DNA from: Candidatus Rokuibacteriota bacterium | GTDB taxonomy: Bacteria > Methylomirabilota > Methylomirabilia > Rokubacteriales > CSP1-6 | Assembly (NCBI GenBank): GCA_016184305.1 | Contig: JACPCX010000187.1 | Location: 1 to 26,363 of the forward strand | DNA: 26,363 nucleotides | Direction: 5' to 3' | Part shown: positions 9,111 through 16,738 of the stretch, one piece after another | Numbering within the stretch: the first letter of the stretch is position 1 | Layout: every line of letters starts with the position of its first letter | Program-made: the position numbers and the translations under genes | Notes under the pieces: generated by a model | Databases searched by the model: none | Told to the model about the DNA's origin: nothing | The model's input: only the letters and a program-made list of their open reading frames with translations

Positions 9111-9351
9111 GCGCGGCCGCCCCGCGCCCGTGTGCCAGATCGCACGGAGCGCCGGTACGTCTCCATGTCGCGCGCCGCCCGGAGATGCATGGACCGCGCG
9201 TGGGCGGCAAGCGTCTCGATCTCCCGGTACGCGGAACGGCCGCTGCGCTCCCGGGCAATGAGCCAGAGATGCCCTACGTCCGCATCATGGTCTCCTTTGG
9301 CGCAGACGACGGGCTTGCGGGAGGAGAGGTCGGAGGCTTTCGATCGCGTCC

Positions 9352-9822
9352 ATGTGGCGGGGCCACGTCGTCTCGATCCACGTCACTGGCGAAGCCTCGG
9401 CGCCCATGGACACTCTCGCCGAGGCGCGCGCGGTGCCCGGCCGCGGGCTGGAGGGCGACCGGTACTTCCTGGGCACGGGCTTCTACTCCAACCGTCCGGG
9501 CGTCGGGGGGCGGGAGATCACCCTGATCGAGACGGAGACGCTGGACGCTCTCGCCAAGACGCTCAACATCAAGCTCCCGGCCGTCGAGTCCCGCCGCAAC
9601 ATCGCCATGTCCGGGGCACCACTCAACCACCCGGTGGACCGCGAGTTCTGGGTGGGCGAGGTGCGTCTCCTCGGCACGCGGCTCTGCGAGCCGTGCATGC
9701 ACCTGGAGCAGCTGACGGGGCTTCAGGGCGTGATGAGCGGGCTCGTCCACCGCGGGGGCTTGCGCGCGCGGATCCTCAACGAAGGCGTGATCCGCACCGG
9801 CGACGCGATCCGGCCGGCGTGA
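9352..9822 (+). CDS. MOSC-domain protein (YiiM-like)
   Basis: GLEGDRY, RRNI, CEPC and GGLRARIL..G.IR.GD motifs. Confidence 0.9.
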   Translation: MWRGHVVSIHVTGEASAPMDTLAEARAVPGRGLEGDRYFLGTGFYSNRPGVGGREITLIETETLDALAKTLNIKLPAVESRRNIAMSGAPLNHPVDREFWVGEVRLLGTRLCEPCMHLEQLTGLQGVMSGLVHRGGLRARILNEGVIRTGDAIRPA

Positions 9823-9826
9823 AACA

Positions 9827-9860
9827 GCAAGGGCGCGGTGGGAACCCACCGCGCCCTTGC
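9827..9860. terminator. Perfect hairpin between convergent genes, probable bidirectional terminator
   Basis: GCAAGGGCGCGGTGGG-aa-CCCACCGCGCCCTTGC, a 16-bp perfect inverted repeat between the MOSC and RRM stop codons; only short U-rich tails. Confidence 0.75.
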
Positions 9861-9882
9861 CCTTCTCGGTTCGACTCGGCTG

Positions 9883-10269
9883 CTACCAGCGGAACGGTTT
9901 CTTGGAGGGCGGCACGCCGTAGGCGCCCCGATCCCCACCACCACCACCACCGCGGCCGCCGCCGCCCGGACGTCCGGGGCCGCGACCGCCCCCACGAGGC
10001 CCGCCGCCCCCCCCGCCCGGCGCGCGCGGGTTGGACACATTGACCGTGAGCTTGCGCCCGTCCAGGTCCTTGCCGTTCAGCTCGGCGATGGCCCGCTGGG
10101 CCTCCTCCGCCGTGGACAGCTCGACGAAGCCGAAGCCGCGCGACTGCCCGGAGAACTTGTCGGTGACCACCGACGCCGACTCCACCGTCCCGCACTGCGC
10201 GAAGTACTCCCGCAGGGTCTCGCTGGTCGTGGAGTATGAGAGCCCGCCGACGTACAGTTTCGCTGCCAT
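9883..10269 (-). CDS. RRM (RNP-1) RNA-binding protein with Gly/Arg-rich tail
   Basis: KLYVGGL (RNP2), RGFGFVE (RNP1) and an RGG-rich tail. AAGGAG RBS precedes ATG 10269. Confidence 0.95.
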   Translation of the reverse strand: MAAKLYVGGLSYSTTSETLREYFAQCGTVESASVVTDKFSGQSRGFGFVELSTAEEAQRAIAELNGKDLDGRKLTVNVSNPRAPGGGGGGPRGGGRGPGRPGGGGRGGGGGGDRGAYGVPPSKKPFRW

Positions 10270-10363
10270 GTGAATCTCCTTCGGTTGTTCCTCGGCCCTG
10301 ACGCACGCCCCGCAAGGCCGAGGAGCCCATCGGAGGCACTGGTGGACCACACACACCAGTGTG

Positions 10364-10391
10364 ATTTTACACCACGATCGCGCGACCGCAA
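10364..10391 (-). promoter_or_regulatory. Sigma70-type promoter of the RRM gene
   Basis: Minus strand TTGCGG (10391-10386) - 16 nt - TAAAAT (10369-10364), an AT-rich patch in GC-rich DNA. Confidence 0.6.
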
Positions 10392-10424
10392 GGCGCGTGA
10401 CGGGACCATAACTCCGCTCCAAGG

Positions 10425-10829
10425 ATGGTCCCGCCGGGGGAGGGTGTCGGGGCCGAGCCCCCCTGCAGACCGCCGCGCCCGAGCAGCACGAACTGCCCCG
10501 GCGGCCGCGTGCGGTCCCCCCGGCGACGCCCGGAGCAGGCTGGGACGGGCCGAGGGACGGCCGGGCGGGGGGGTGCGCGGGGTCCCGAGCCTGATCCCGC
10601 GCGCGGGCTCGGCCAGCCGCTCGCGGAGCCAGAGGTCCAGCGGCGATCCGCGCCGGGTGCCGGCCGTCACCACGATGGGCGCGCCGCGGGCCGGAACGAA
10701 GCAGAGGCCGCCCGCGGTGGCGCCGGAGAGCGTCACGAGCCGCTCGAGGGTGCGGGCGAATCCGACCTCGGGGGAGGCGGCCCGACCCGGCGTGGCCCGA
10801 AGGTCGGCGAGGAGCCGCCCGATCTTCAT
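10425..10829 (-). pseudogene. Probable truncated/frameshifted gene remnant (possibly the N-terminus of a GAF-type sensor)
   Basis: ATG 10829 lies just after the D-aminoacylase stop. MKIGRLLADL...FARTLERLVTLSGATAGGLCF...IVVTAG reads as protein-like, then the plausible frame shifts (GQFVLLG in another frame) and runs into the RRM promoter. The 3' boundary is approximate. Confidence 0.35.
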
Positions 10830-10836
10830 CCGCCGG

Positions 10837-12426
10837 TCAGCTTTTTCTGAGCACCTGGCCGGGAAGGGCGCCGGTGTGCTCGCCCCCGTCGACGACCATG
10901 CGGCCGTTGACGAGCACGCCCTCGATCCCGCGGGCGTACTGATGCGGATCCTCGTAGGTGGCAAGGTCGGCGACACGCTCCGGGTCGAACAGCACAACGT
11001 CCGCCTTCGCCCCCACCCGGAGCACACCTCGATCGGCGAGGCCCAGCCGCGCGGCGGGTAGGGCCGTCATCTTCCTCACGGCGGCTTCCAGCGTCAGCAC
11101 GTGCTGGTCGCGGACATAGCGGGCGAGGACGCGCGGGAAGGTCCCGTAGCTGCGCGGGTGGGGCTTGCCGGCGGCCAGCTCCCCGTGGGCCGCCAGCGAC
11201 GAGCCGTCCGAGCCGATCATCACGCAGGGGTGGGCGAGCGCGCGGCGGAGGTCGGCCTCGTCGAGCTGGAAGAGGATCATGTAGCCTTTCCCCTTCTCGG
11301 CGAGGATCAGGTCGATGCATGCATCGAGAGGGTCTTGCTGCCAGCCCGCGGCGATGTCGGACAGGCGCCGTCCCTGGGCCTCCGGCCGCGACGGGGCATA
11401 GGCGACCATGATGTCCTCCCAGCCGAGCCCCCGCATGAGCGTCTCGCCGCCGCCGGTGAGCTCCGCACGGACGCGGGCGCACACGGCGGGGTCGCGGAGA
11501 CGCTCCAGCATGGCGTCGATGCCGCCTTCCAGCACCCAGTCGGGCAGGAGCGTGCGCAGCGTGGTGCTGGAGGCGGTGTACGGGTAGACGTCGGCCATCA
11601 CATCGAGGCCCTCGGCGCGGCCGGCGTCGATGAGCGCGAGGGCGTCCTTGACCTTGCCCCAGCTGGGGCGTCCGGCCGCCTTGATATGGCTCACCTGGAC
11701 CGGCAGCCCTCCCTCGCGCCCCACGCGGATGGCCTCGCTCACCGCGTCGAGGAGCGTGGCCCCTTCGCCGCGGATGTGGCTGGCGTAAAAGCCGCCGCAG
11801 GCCGCGACCCGCCGCGCCACGGCCACGATCTCCGCCGTGGCCGCATAGGAGCCCGGCGCGTAGATGAGCCCCGTGGCGAGCCCCGCGGCGCCCTGGGCCA
11901 TCGCCTCGTCGGCGAGGCGCTCCATCGTCGCGAGCTCTCGGGCGCTCGGCTCCCGCCGCGCGAAGCCCATGGCCGCCAGCCTGAGCGTGCCGTGGCCCAT
12001 GAGCTGGACGACGTTGACCGCCACGCCCCCGTCCTCGTAGCGGCGGAGGTACTCGCCCATCGAGCGCCACGAGAAGTCCATGCCCGGCGGCAGGTAGAGG
12101 GCGAAGCCCTTCATCTCCTCCCGGAACTCGTCCGAGACGGGCGCGGGCGAGAAGCCGCAGTTGCCGACGACCTCGGTGGTGACGCCCTGGCGGATCTTGG
12201 ACTCGGCGCGGCGGTTGGCCCAGAGCCGCCAATCCGAATGCGAGTGGATGTCGATGAAGCCGGGCGTGACGGTGAGCCCCGCGGCACCGATGGTCCGCCC
12301 CGCGCGCTCGCGGGAGAGATCCCCGATGGCGGTGATGGTGTCTCCCACGAGCCCCACGTCGGCGCGCGCGCCGGGGGTGCCGGTGCCGTCGATGACGGTG
12401 CCGCCCTCGATCTTGATGTCAAGCAC
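10837..12426 (-). CDS. N-acyl-D-amino-acid deacylase (D-aminoacylase, amidohydrolase superfamily)
   Basis: PGFIDIHSHSD, QGVTTEVVGNCG, SHIR, VSHIK, IGSDG and HPRSYGTFPRVL. Likely start is GTG 12426 (MLDIKIEGG). Confidence 0.92.
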   Translation of the reverse strand: MLDIKIEGGTVIDGTGTPGARADVGLVGDTITAIGDLSRERAGRTIGAAGLTVTPGFIDIHSHSDWRLWANRRAESKIRQGVTTEVVGNCGFSPAPVSDEFREEMKGFALYLPPGMDFSWRSMGEYLRRYEDGGVAVNVVQLMGHGTLRLAAMGFARREPSARELATMERLADEAMAQGAAGLATGLIYAPGSYAATAEIVAVARRVAACGGFYASHIRGEGATLLDAVSEAIRVGREGGLPVQVSHIKAAGRPSWGKVKDALALIDAGRAEGLDVMADVYPYTASSTTLRTLLPDWVLEGGIDAMLERLRDPAVCARVRAELTGGGETLMRGLGWEDIMVAYAPSRPEAQGRRLSDIAAGWQQDPLDACIDLILAEKGKGYMILFQLDEADLRRALAHPCVMIGSDGSSLAAHGELAAGKPHPRSYGTFPRVLARYVRDQHVLTLEAAVRKMTALPAARLGLADRGVLRVGAKADVVLFDPERVADLATYEDPHQYARGIEGVLVNGRMVVDGGEHTGALPGQVLRKS

Positions 12427-12553
12427 GGGCAACCGAGGCCTCGGTGCGCTCGATCTGCGCGAGGCACGCGGTGACAAGGTCCACCGGCGAGAGCGATCCG
12501 GCGCGGATCCGCCGAGCGGCCTCGGCTGCGGGGAGATCGTGGAGGTCGGGCAT
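12419..12553 (-). pseudogene. Amidase (amidase-signature/GatA family) remnant, N-terminus only
   Basis: MPDLHDLPAAEAARRIRAGSLSPVDLVTACLAQIERTEASVARA* (44 aa) is the typical amidase N-terminal helix pair. Its stop overlaps the D-aminoacylase start. Not in the ORF track. Confidence 0.8.
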
Positions 12554-12557
12554 CGGG

Positions 12558-12671
12558 CTAGCGGAGGGCCTCGAGGACTTCCGCGACGACCTCGAACCGC
12601 AAGATGGCGCCCATGGCGCCGTCGCCCAGGAGGGGGCGCTCGGCCAGACGCGCGACGAAGGGGGCGGCCAT
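12558..12671 (-). pseudogene. yitJ: Scar of a bifunctional homocysteine S-methyltransferase/methylenetetrahydrofolate reductase gene (YitJ-type)
   Basis: MAAPFVARLAERPLLGDGAMGAIL|RFEVVAEVLEALR* (37 aa): an HMT N-terminus with DGAMG fused to a segment resembling the YitJ C-terminal helix. The HMT part is solid; the YitJ assignment rests on 13 residues. Confidence 0.65.
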
Positions 12672-12672
12672 G

Positions 12673-13194
12673 CTAGCGCGCCGCCTGCTCGCGGGCCGCG
12701 AGCGCGCCGAGGATCCGTGACACGACCTGATCGGGGCCGAGGCCCGTGGTGTCCACGCTGAGGTCGGCCTGCCGGTAGAAGGGCTCGCGCGACCGGCAGA
12801 GCGCCTCCACCTCGTCGCGGGTCCGGCCCGCCAGCATGGGCCGCGCGCCCGCGCGCAGGGCCCGCTCGTAGAGCGCGCCGAAGTCGCCCGCGAGCCAGAT
12901 CACGGTGCCGAGCGCGCGAAGAGCCTCCATCCGTCCCTCGCGGCCCGGCAGGCCGCCCCCCGTGGCGATGACGCCGCTGGTCTTGAGGCGGAGGACGCGC
13001 AGCGTCTCCTCCTCGGCAGCGCGGAAGTGGGCCTCGCCGTGCCGGGCGAAGATCTCGGGAATGGAGCAGCCCTCCCGGGCGGTGATCATGTCGTCGGTCT
13101 CGACGAAGCAGCGGCCGAGGCGCCTGGCCAAGAGGCGCCCGACCGAGGACTTGCCCGCGCCCATGAAGCCCACGAGGATCAGGTTCTCGGGCAT
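12673..13194 (-). CDS. aroK: Shikimate kinase
   Basis: LVGFMGAGKSSVG P-loop, GEAHFR..E, IATGGG and RPML motifs. Alternative start at ATG 13206. Confidence 0.93.
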   Translation of the reverse strand: MPENLILVGFMGAGKSSVGRLLARRLGRCFVETDDMITAREGCSIPEIFARHGEAHFRAAEEETLRVLRLKTSGVIATGGGLPGREGRMEALRALGTVIWLAGDFGALYERALRAGARPMLAGRTRDEVEALCRSREPFYRQADLSVDTTGLGPDQVVSRILGALAAREQAAR

Positions 13195-13210
13195 GACAGG
13201 CGCCATCGTA

Positions 13211-14254
13211 TCACTTCCGCTCCCAGGCCGTCCCCTCGCCCCGCCGCATGGGCTCCACCCACAGCTGCCGCACCACCTCCCACACGCCCGCCAGGAGCGG
13301 AATGGCGACGAGGGCGCCCACGAGGCCCGCGAGCTGGACGCCCGCCAGGATCCCGAGCAGCACGGCCACCGGATGAAGCCCGGTGGCGCGGCCGATGAAC
13401 TGCGGAATGAGGAACTTGCCCTCGAGGAGATTCGCCCCCCAGAACAGGAGGGCCGTCCAGAGCGCCAGCGTGGGCGAGATGTTGACGGCGGAGAGCAGGC
13501 CGAGCACCGCCGCCGCCGGCGAGCCGAGGAACGGGACGATGTTCAGCGCCGCGGCGACGCCGCCGATCAGCAGCCAGTACGGTACGCCGAGGAGGCCGAG
13601 TCCCGCGGCGATCACCGCCCCGACGCACAGGCTCACGACGAGCTGGCCGCGGACGTATCCGCCCATGACGGCCAGCACCGGCCCGGCCAGGGCCGCCGCG
13701 CGCTCCCGGTGCGCGGGGGGCAGCAACGCTGCCAGCGCGCGACCGATGTGCTCGGCGTCGATCACGAGGTAGGCCGCCAACACGATGACGAGGAAGAAGC
13801 CCACGACGGCGCCGATGACCCCGGCCGTCGCGCGCAGGGTGTTCTCGATCAGGATCTTGCCGATGCCCGCCAGCCCGTCACCGCCCGCCGGAACTGCCGG
13901 CAGCGGGATCTCCCAGCGCGCCCCCCAGGCGATCACCTGCGCGGCCCAGCCCTTCGCGTTCTCGACGAGCGCCGGGAGCTGGCCGGCAAACTGCGTCCCC
14001 TGCTCGACGAACGCGGGGATGAGGAAGCGCCCGAGCACGGCGACCACGAGCGCGGCGCCCAGGTAGACGCCGGCCATAGTGGCGATGCGGGGGACGTGGC
14101 GGCGGTCCCCCCAGCGCGCCGCCGGCAGGATGGCCGCCGCCAGGATCAGCGCGGTGAGGAGCAGCATCCAGAGCTGCCACGTCTGCGCGAACACCCACAC
14201 CGCCGCGGCAGCGACAAGCAGCCGCCCGATGGTCGCCCAGGGCAGGACGCTCAC
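13211..14254 (-). CDS. AI-2E (PerM/TqsA/UPF0118) family transporter
   Basis: GYVRGQL, NIVPFLG, LEG.FLIP...G...GLHP and G.VGALVAIP motifs. GTG 14254 overlaps the upstream TGA. Confidence 0.92.
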   Translation of the reverse strand: MSVLPWATIGRLLVAAAAVWVFAQTWQLWMLLLTALILAAAILPAARWGDRRHVPRIATMAGVYLGAALVVAVLGRFLIPAFVEQGTQFAGQLPALVENAKGWAAQVIAWGARWEIPLPAVPAGGDGLAGIGKILIENTLRATAGVIGAVVGFFLVIVLAAYLVIDAEHIGRALAALLPPAHRERAAALAGPVLAVMGGYVRGQLVVSLCVGAVIAAGLGLLGVPYWLLIGGVAAALNIVPFLGSPAAAVLGLLSAVNISPTLALWTALLFWGANLLEGKFLIPQFIGRATGLHPVAVLLGILAGVQLAGLVGALVAIPLLAGVWEVVRQLWVEPMRRGEGTAWERK

Positions 14255-14985
14255 CGATGCACGGTCCGGTCGGCGGGCGCGCGGCGGAAGGCGCAATCGG
14301 CCATCCAGCAGCGGCGGCACTGGGTGAAGTAGTGGTCCACGCGGGCCTCCGGCCCGATGCCGACGAGGAAGGAGATGGTCTTGACCGGCATCATGAAGCA
14401 CGCCGCGTTGAGCGCGACCCCGATGGACGTTCCCGGGCAGAGGCGGAACAGCTCCCGCTGCTGGGCCGTGTCCCAGCCCGCGTAGCCCGGGCTGATGCGG
14501 TTGGTCACCCGGATCCCCTCGGCGATGGCATCCTGGCACAGGAGGTCGTTGACGTGCTCGGCCAGGCTCTCGACGGCGGCCGAACCCACGCTGTCGAGCA
14601 TCACCGCCAGCGGGAGATCGTGGGCGTCGAAGAGCGCTCGCACCTGGTCCTCGAGAGGCTGGCCCACGGTGCAGACGCCGGCGCCGACACTCGTGAGCGC
14701 ACCCCAGAGCCGGCCGACATGCGGGATGCGCAGCTGCTCGCCGGCGGCCTCGATGTGGCCGGCCTCCTGGCCCGAGACCGGGACGGCGCGGTACACGCAG
14801 CGCGGCTCCATGAGCCGCTCGCCGAGGGCGAGAGCCTCGTCGAAGAGGGCCATGACATCATCCGTGGGGACATCAATCCCCTTCTTGTAGCCCTGGAGGC
14901 GCAGGACCTCGTCGGGATCGACGCGAACGGGCAGCCCCTCGATGACGAGGGGCTCGGGGGACCGGACGGTGAGGACCTCGCTCAC
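14251..14985 (-). CDS. Stand-alone B12-dependent methionine synthase reactivation (AdoMet-binding)-like domain protein
   Basis: CTVG..LE, LDSVGSAAVESLAE, RISPGYAGW...QQ..LF, IGV.L...CFMMPVKTIS and a C-terminal CxxCxxxxC. GTG 14985 overlaps the upstream TGA. Confidence 0.85.
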   Translation of the reverse strand: MSEVLTVRSPEPLVIEGLPVRVDPDEVLRLQGYKKGIDVPTDDVMALFDEALALGERLMEPRCVYRAVPVSGQEAGHIEAAGEQLRIPHVGRLWGALTSVGAGVCTVGQPLEDQVRALFDAHDLPLAVMLDSVGSAAVESLAEHVNDLLCQDAIAEGIRVTNRISPGYAGWDTAQQRELFRLCPGTSIGVALNAACFMMPVKTISFLVGIGPEARVDHYFTQCRRCWMADCAFRRAPADRTVHR

Positions 14986-15905
14986 CGCTGACGGCGGGAG
15001 CGGACGACCTCGGCGATGAGGCGGACATGCTCGGCGCCGGAGCCGCAGCAGCCGCCGACGATGCTGCAGCCGGCGTCGAGCAGCGCGGGGTACTCCTTCG
15101 CCATGGCCTCGGGCCCGAGTTCGTATGTGGTCCGATCCCCGGAGGTGATGGGCAGGCCCGCGTTGGGGTACGCGACGAGCGGCACGGAGGTGGCGGCGCG
15201 CATCTCGCGGATGATGGAGATGGCCCGGTCGGGGCCGCGTCCGCAGTTCATCCCCACGATGTCGGCCCCCGCGGCCACGAGGTTGCGCGCGACGTCTGCC
15301 GGGCTCTGGCCCCACATGGTCCGGTCGCGGTCGTGCAGCTCCTCGTACTGGAAGAACATGGTGGCCATGACCGGCCGGTCGGTGGCCGCCTTGCAGGCCC
15401 GGATCGCCGCCACGGCCTCCTGGGGGAACATCATCGTCTCGACGGCGAAGATGTCCACGCCGCCCTCGGCCAGCGCCTCAGCCTGCTCCCTGAACGTCGC
15501 GACGTACTCCTCGTCGGTGGTGTCGCCAAGGGGCTCGTACTCGGCGGGCAGCCGGCTCGTGGGCCCGATGGAGCCCGCCACGTACCCGCCGGGCGGGCAC
15601 ACGGAGCGGGCCAGCCAGGCTCCCTTCTCGTTGAGCTCGCGGTTGCGGTTGCCGATCCCGTACTCGTTGAGCTTGAGCCGGGTGGCGCCGAAGGTGTTCG
15701 TCTCGACGAGGTCGGAGCCAGCCGCGAAGTACCCCGCGTGGATGCCGCGCACCACGTCACCGTGGGTGTCGTTCCACAGCTCGGGGCAGGCGCCGTTCGC
15801 GAGCCCGGCCTCGAAGAGGGCCGTGCCGTAGCCGCCGTCGAAGACGAGGAGCTCGCCAGCCTGCACCCGCTCGACGATCTCCCAGCCGCGGGCTCGGCCG
15901 GCCAT
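14982..15905 (-). CDS. Homocysteine S-methyltransferase domain protein (stand-alone MetH N-terminal module)
   Basis: FDGGYGT, AGSDLVETNTFGA, VAGSIGP, ETM, GMNCG, YPNAGLP and GGCCG, with the three Zn-binding Cys. Confidence 0.92.
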   Translation of the reverse strand: MAGRARGWEIVERVQAGELLVFDGGYGTALFEAGLANGACPELWNDTHGDVVRGIHAGYFAAGSDLVETNTFGATRLKLNEYGIGNRNRELNEKGAWLARSVCPPGGYVAGSIGPTSRLPAEYEPLGDTTDEEYVATFREQAEALAEGGVDIFAVETMMFPQEAVAAIRACKAATDRPVMATMFFQYEELHDRDRTMWGQSPADVARNLVAAGADIVGMNCGRGPDRAISIIREMRAATSVPLVAYPNAGLPITSGDRTTYELGPEAMAKEYPALLDAGCSIVGGCCGSGAEHVRLIAEVVRSRRQR

Positions 15906-16585
15906 CACGCCGCGGCCACCGGGACGCCCATCAGCGCCTTCGCCCGCACGACCGCCAGCGTGGAGTCCTTGGCGTAGCCGTCGGCGCCGATCTCATCGCA
16001 GTACGCCTGCGTGACGGGCGCGCCGCCGATCATGACCTTGACGCGCTCGCGCAGCCCCGCTTTCTGGAGCGCGTCGATGGTGCGCTTCATGCCCGGCATG
16101 GTCGTGGTCATCAGGGCCGAGATGCCGACGATCTGCGCGCCGTGCTCCTCAACCGCCGCGACGAACTTCTCTGGCGCCACGTCGCGCCCGAGATTGTGCA
16201 CCTTGAAGCCGGCGCCCTCGAGCATCATCCCGACCAGGTTCTTGCCGATGTCGTGGAGGTCGCCCTGGGCGGTGCCGATGACGACCACACCGAGCGACTG
16301 GCCGGCCGCCCCGGCGGCGGTGAGGAGCGGCTTGAGCAGGTCGAGCCCGGCGTACATGGCCCGAGCCGACAGGAGCACCTGCGGCACGTAGTACTCGTTC
16401 CGCCTGAACTTCTCGCCCACGACATCCATGCCGGGGATGAGCCCCCGGAAGATCAGGTCGATGGGGCGGAGCGAGAGCGCCAGCCCCTCTGTGGTCATCC
16501 TGAACACCGCGTCCTTGTCGCCCAGGATGAGGGCCCTCGACATGGCGGGGAAATCGAAGCCATCGAAGCTCGGCGATGTGCTCAT
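15905..16585 (-). CDS. Stand-alone corrinoid (cobalamin-binding) protein, cap plus Rossmann domains (MetH/MtaC/MttC-like)
   Basis: GLIPGMDVVG..F...EYYVPQVL cap, GDLHDIGKNLV (DxHxxG), SALMTTT and MIGGAP. Confidence 0.95.
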   Translation of the reverse strand: MSTSPSFDGFDFPAMSRALILGDKDAVFRMTTEGLALSLRPIDLIFRGLIPGMDVVGEKFRRNEYYVPQVLLSARAMYAGLDLLKPLLTAAGAAGQSLGVVVIGTAQGDLHDIGKNLVGMMLEGAGFKVHNLGRDVAPEKFVAAVEEHGAQIVGISALMTTTMPGMKRTIDALQKAGLRERVKVMIGGAPVTQAYCDEIGADGYAKDSTLAVVRAKALMGVPVAAA

Positions 16586-16662
16586 GCCCGGATTCTCCCA
16601 CAGGCCCGAAGAGCTCCGCAAGGCGAAGGGGCGTCCGACCCGCCCGCTCTAGGCCATTCGGC

Positions 16663-16692
16663 TTGACCCGCCTGTATCCGGTACACTAGAAT
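16663..16692 (+). promoter_or_regulatory. Sigma70-type promoter of the phosphodiesterase gene
   Basis: TTGACC (16663-16668) - 18 nt - TAGAAT (16687-16692). Confidence 0.6.
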
Positions 16693-16738
16693 TCGCAAAA
16701 TCGTAGCCTCGGGGCTCACCCGAGGGAAAGGGGGGCTG

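Noticed and set aside
16586..16738. Cobalamin or SAM riboswitch upstream of the corrinoid operon
   Set aside because: No B12-box or SAM-I core was recognised, the region is short and shared with a divergent promoter. An Rfam scan would be definitive.
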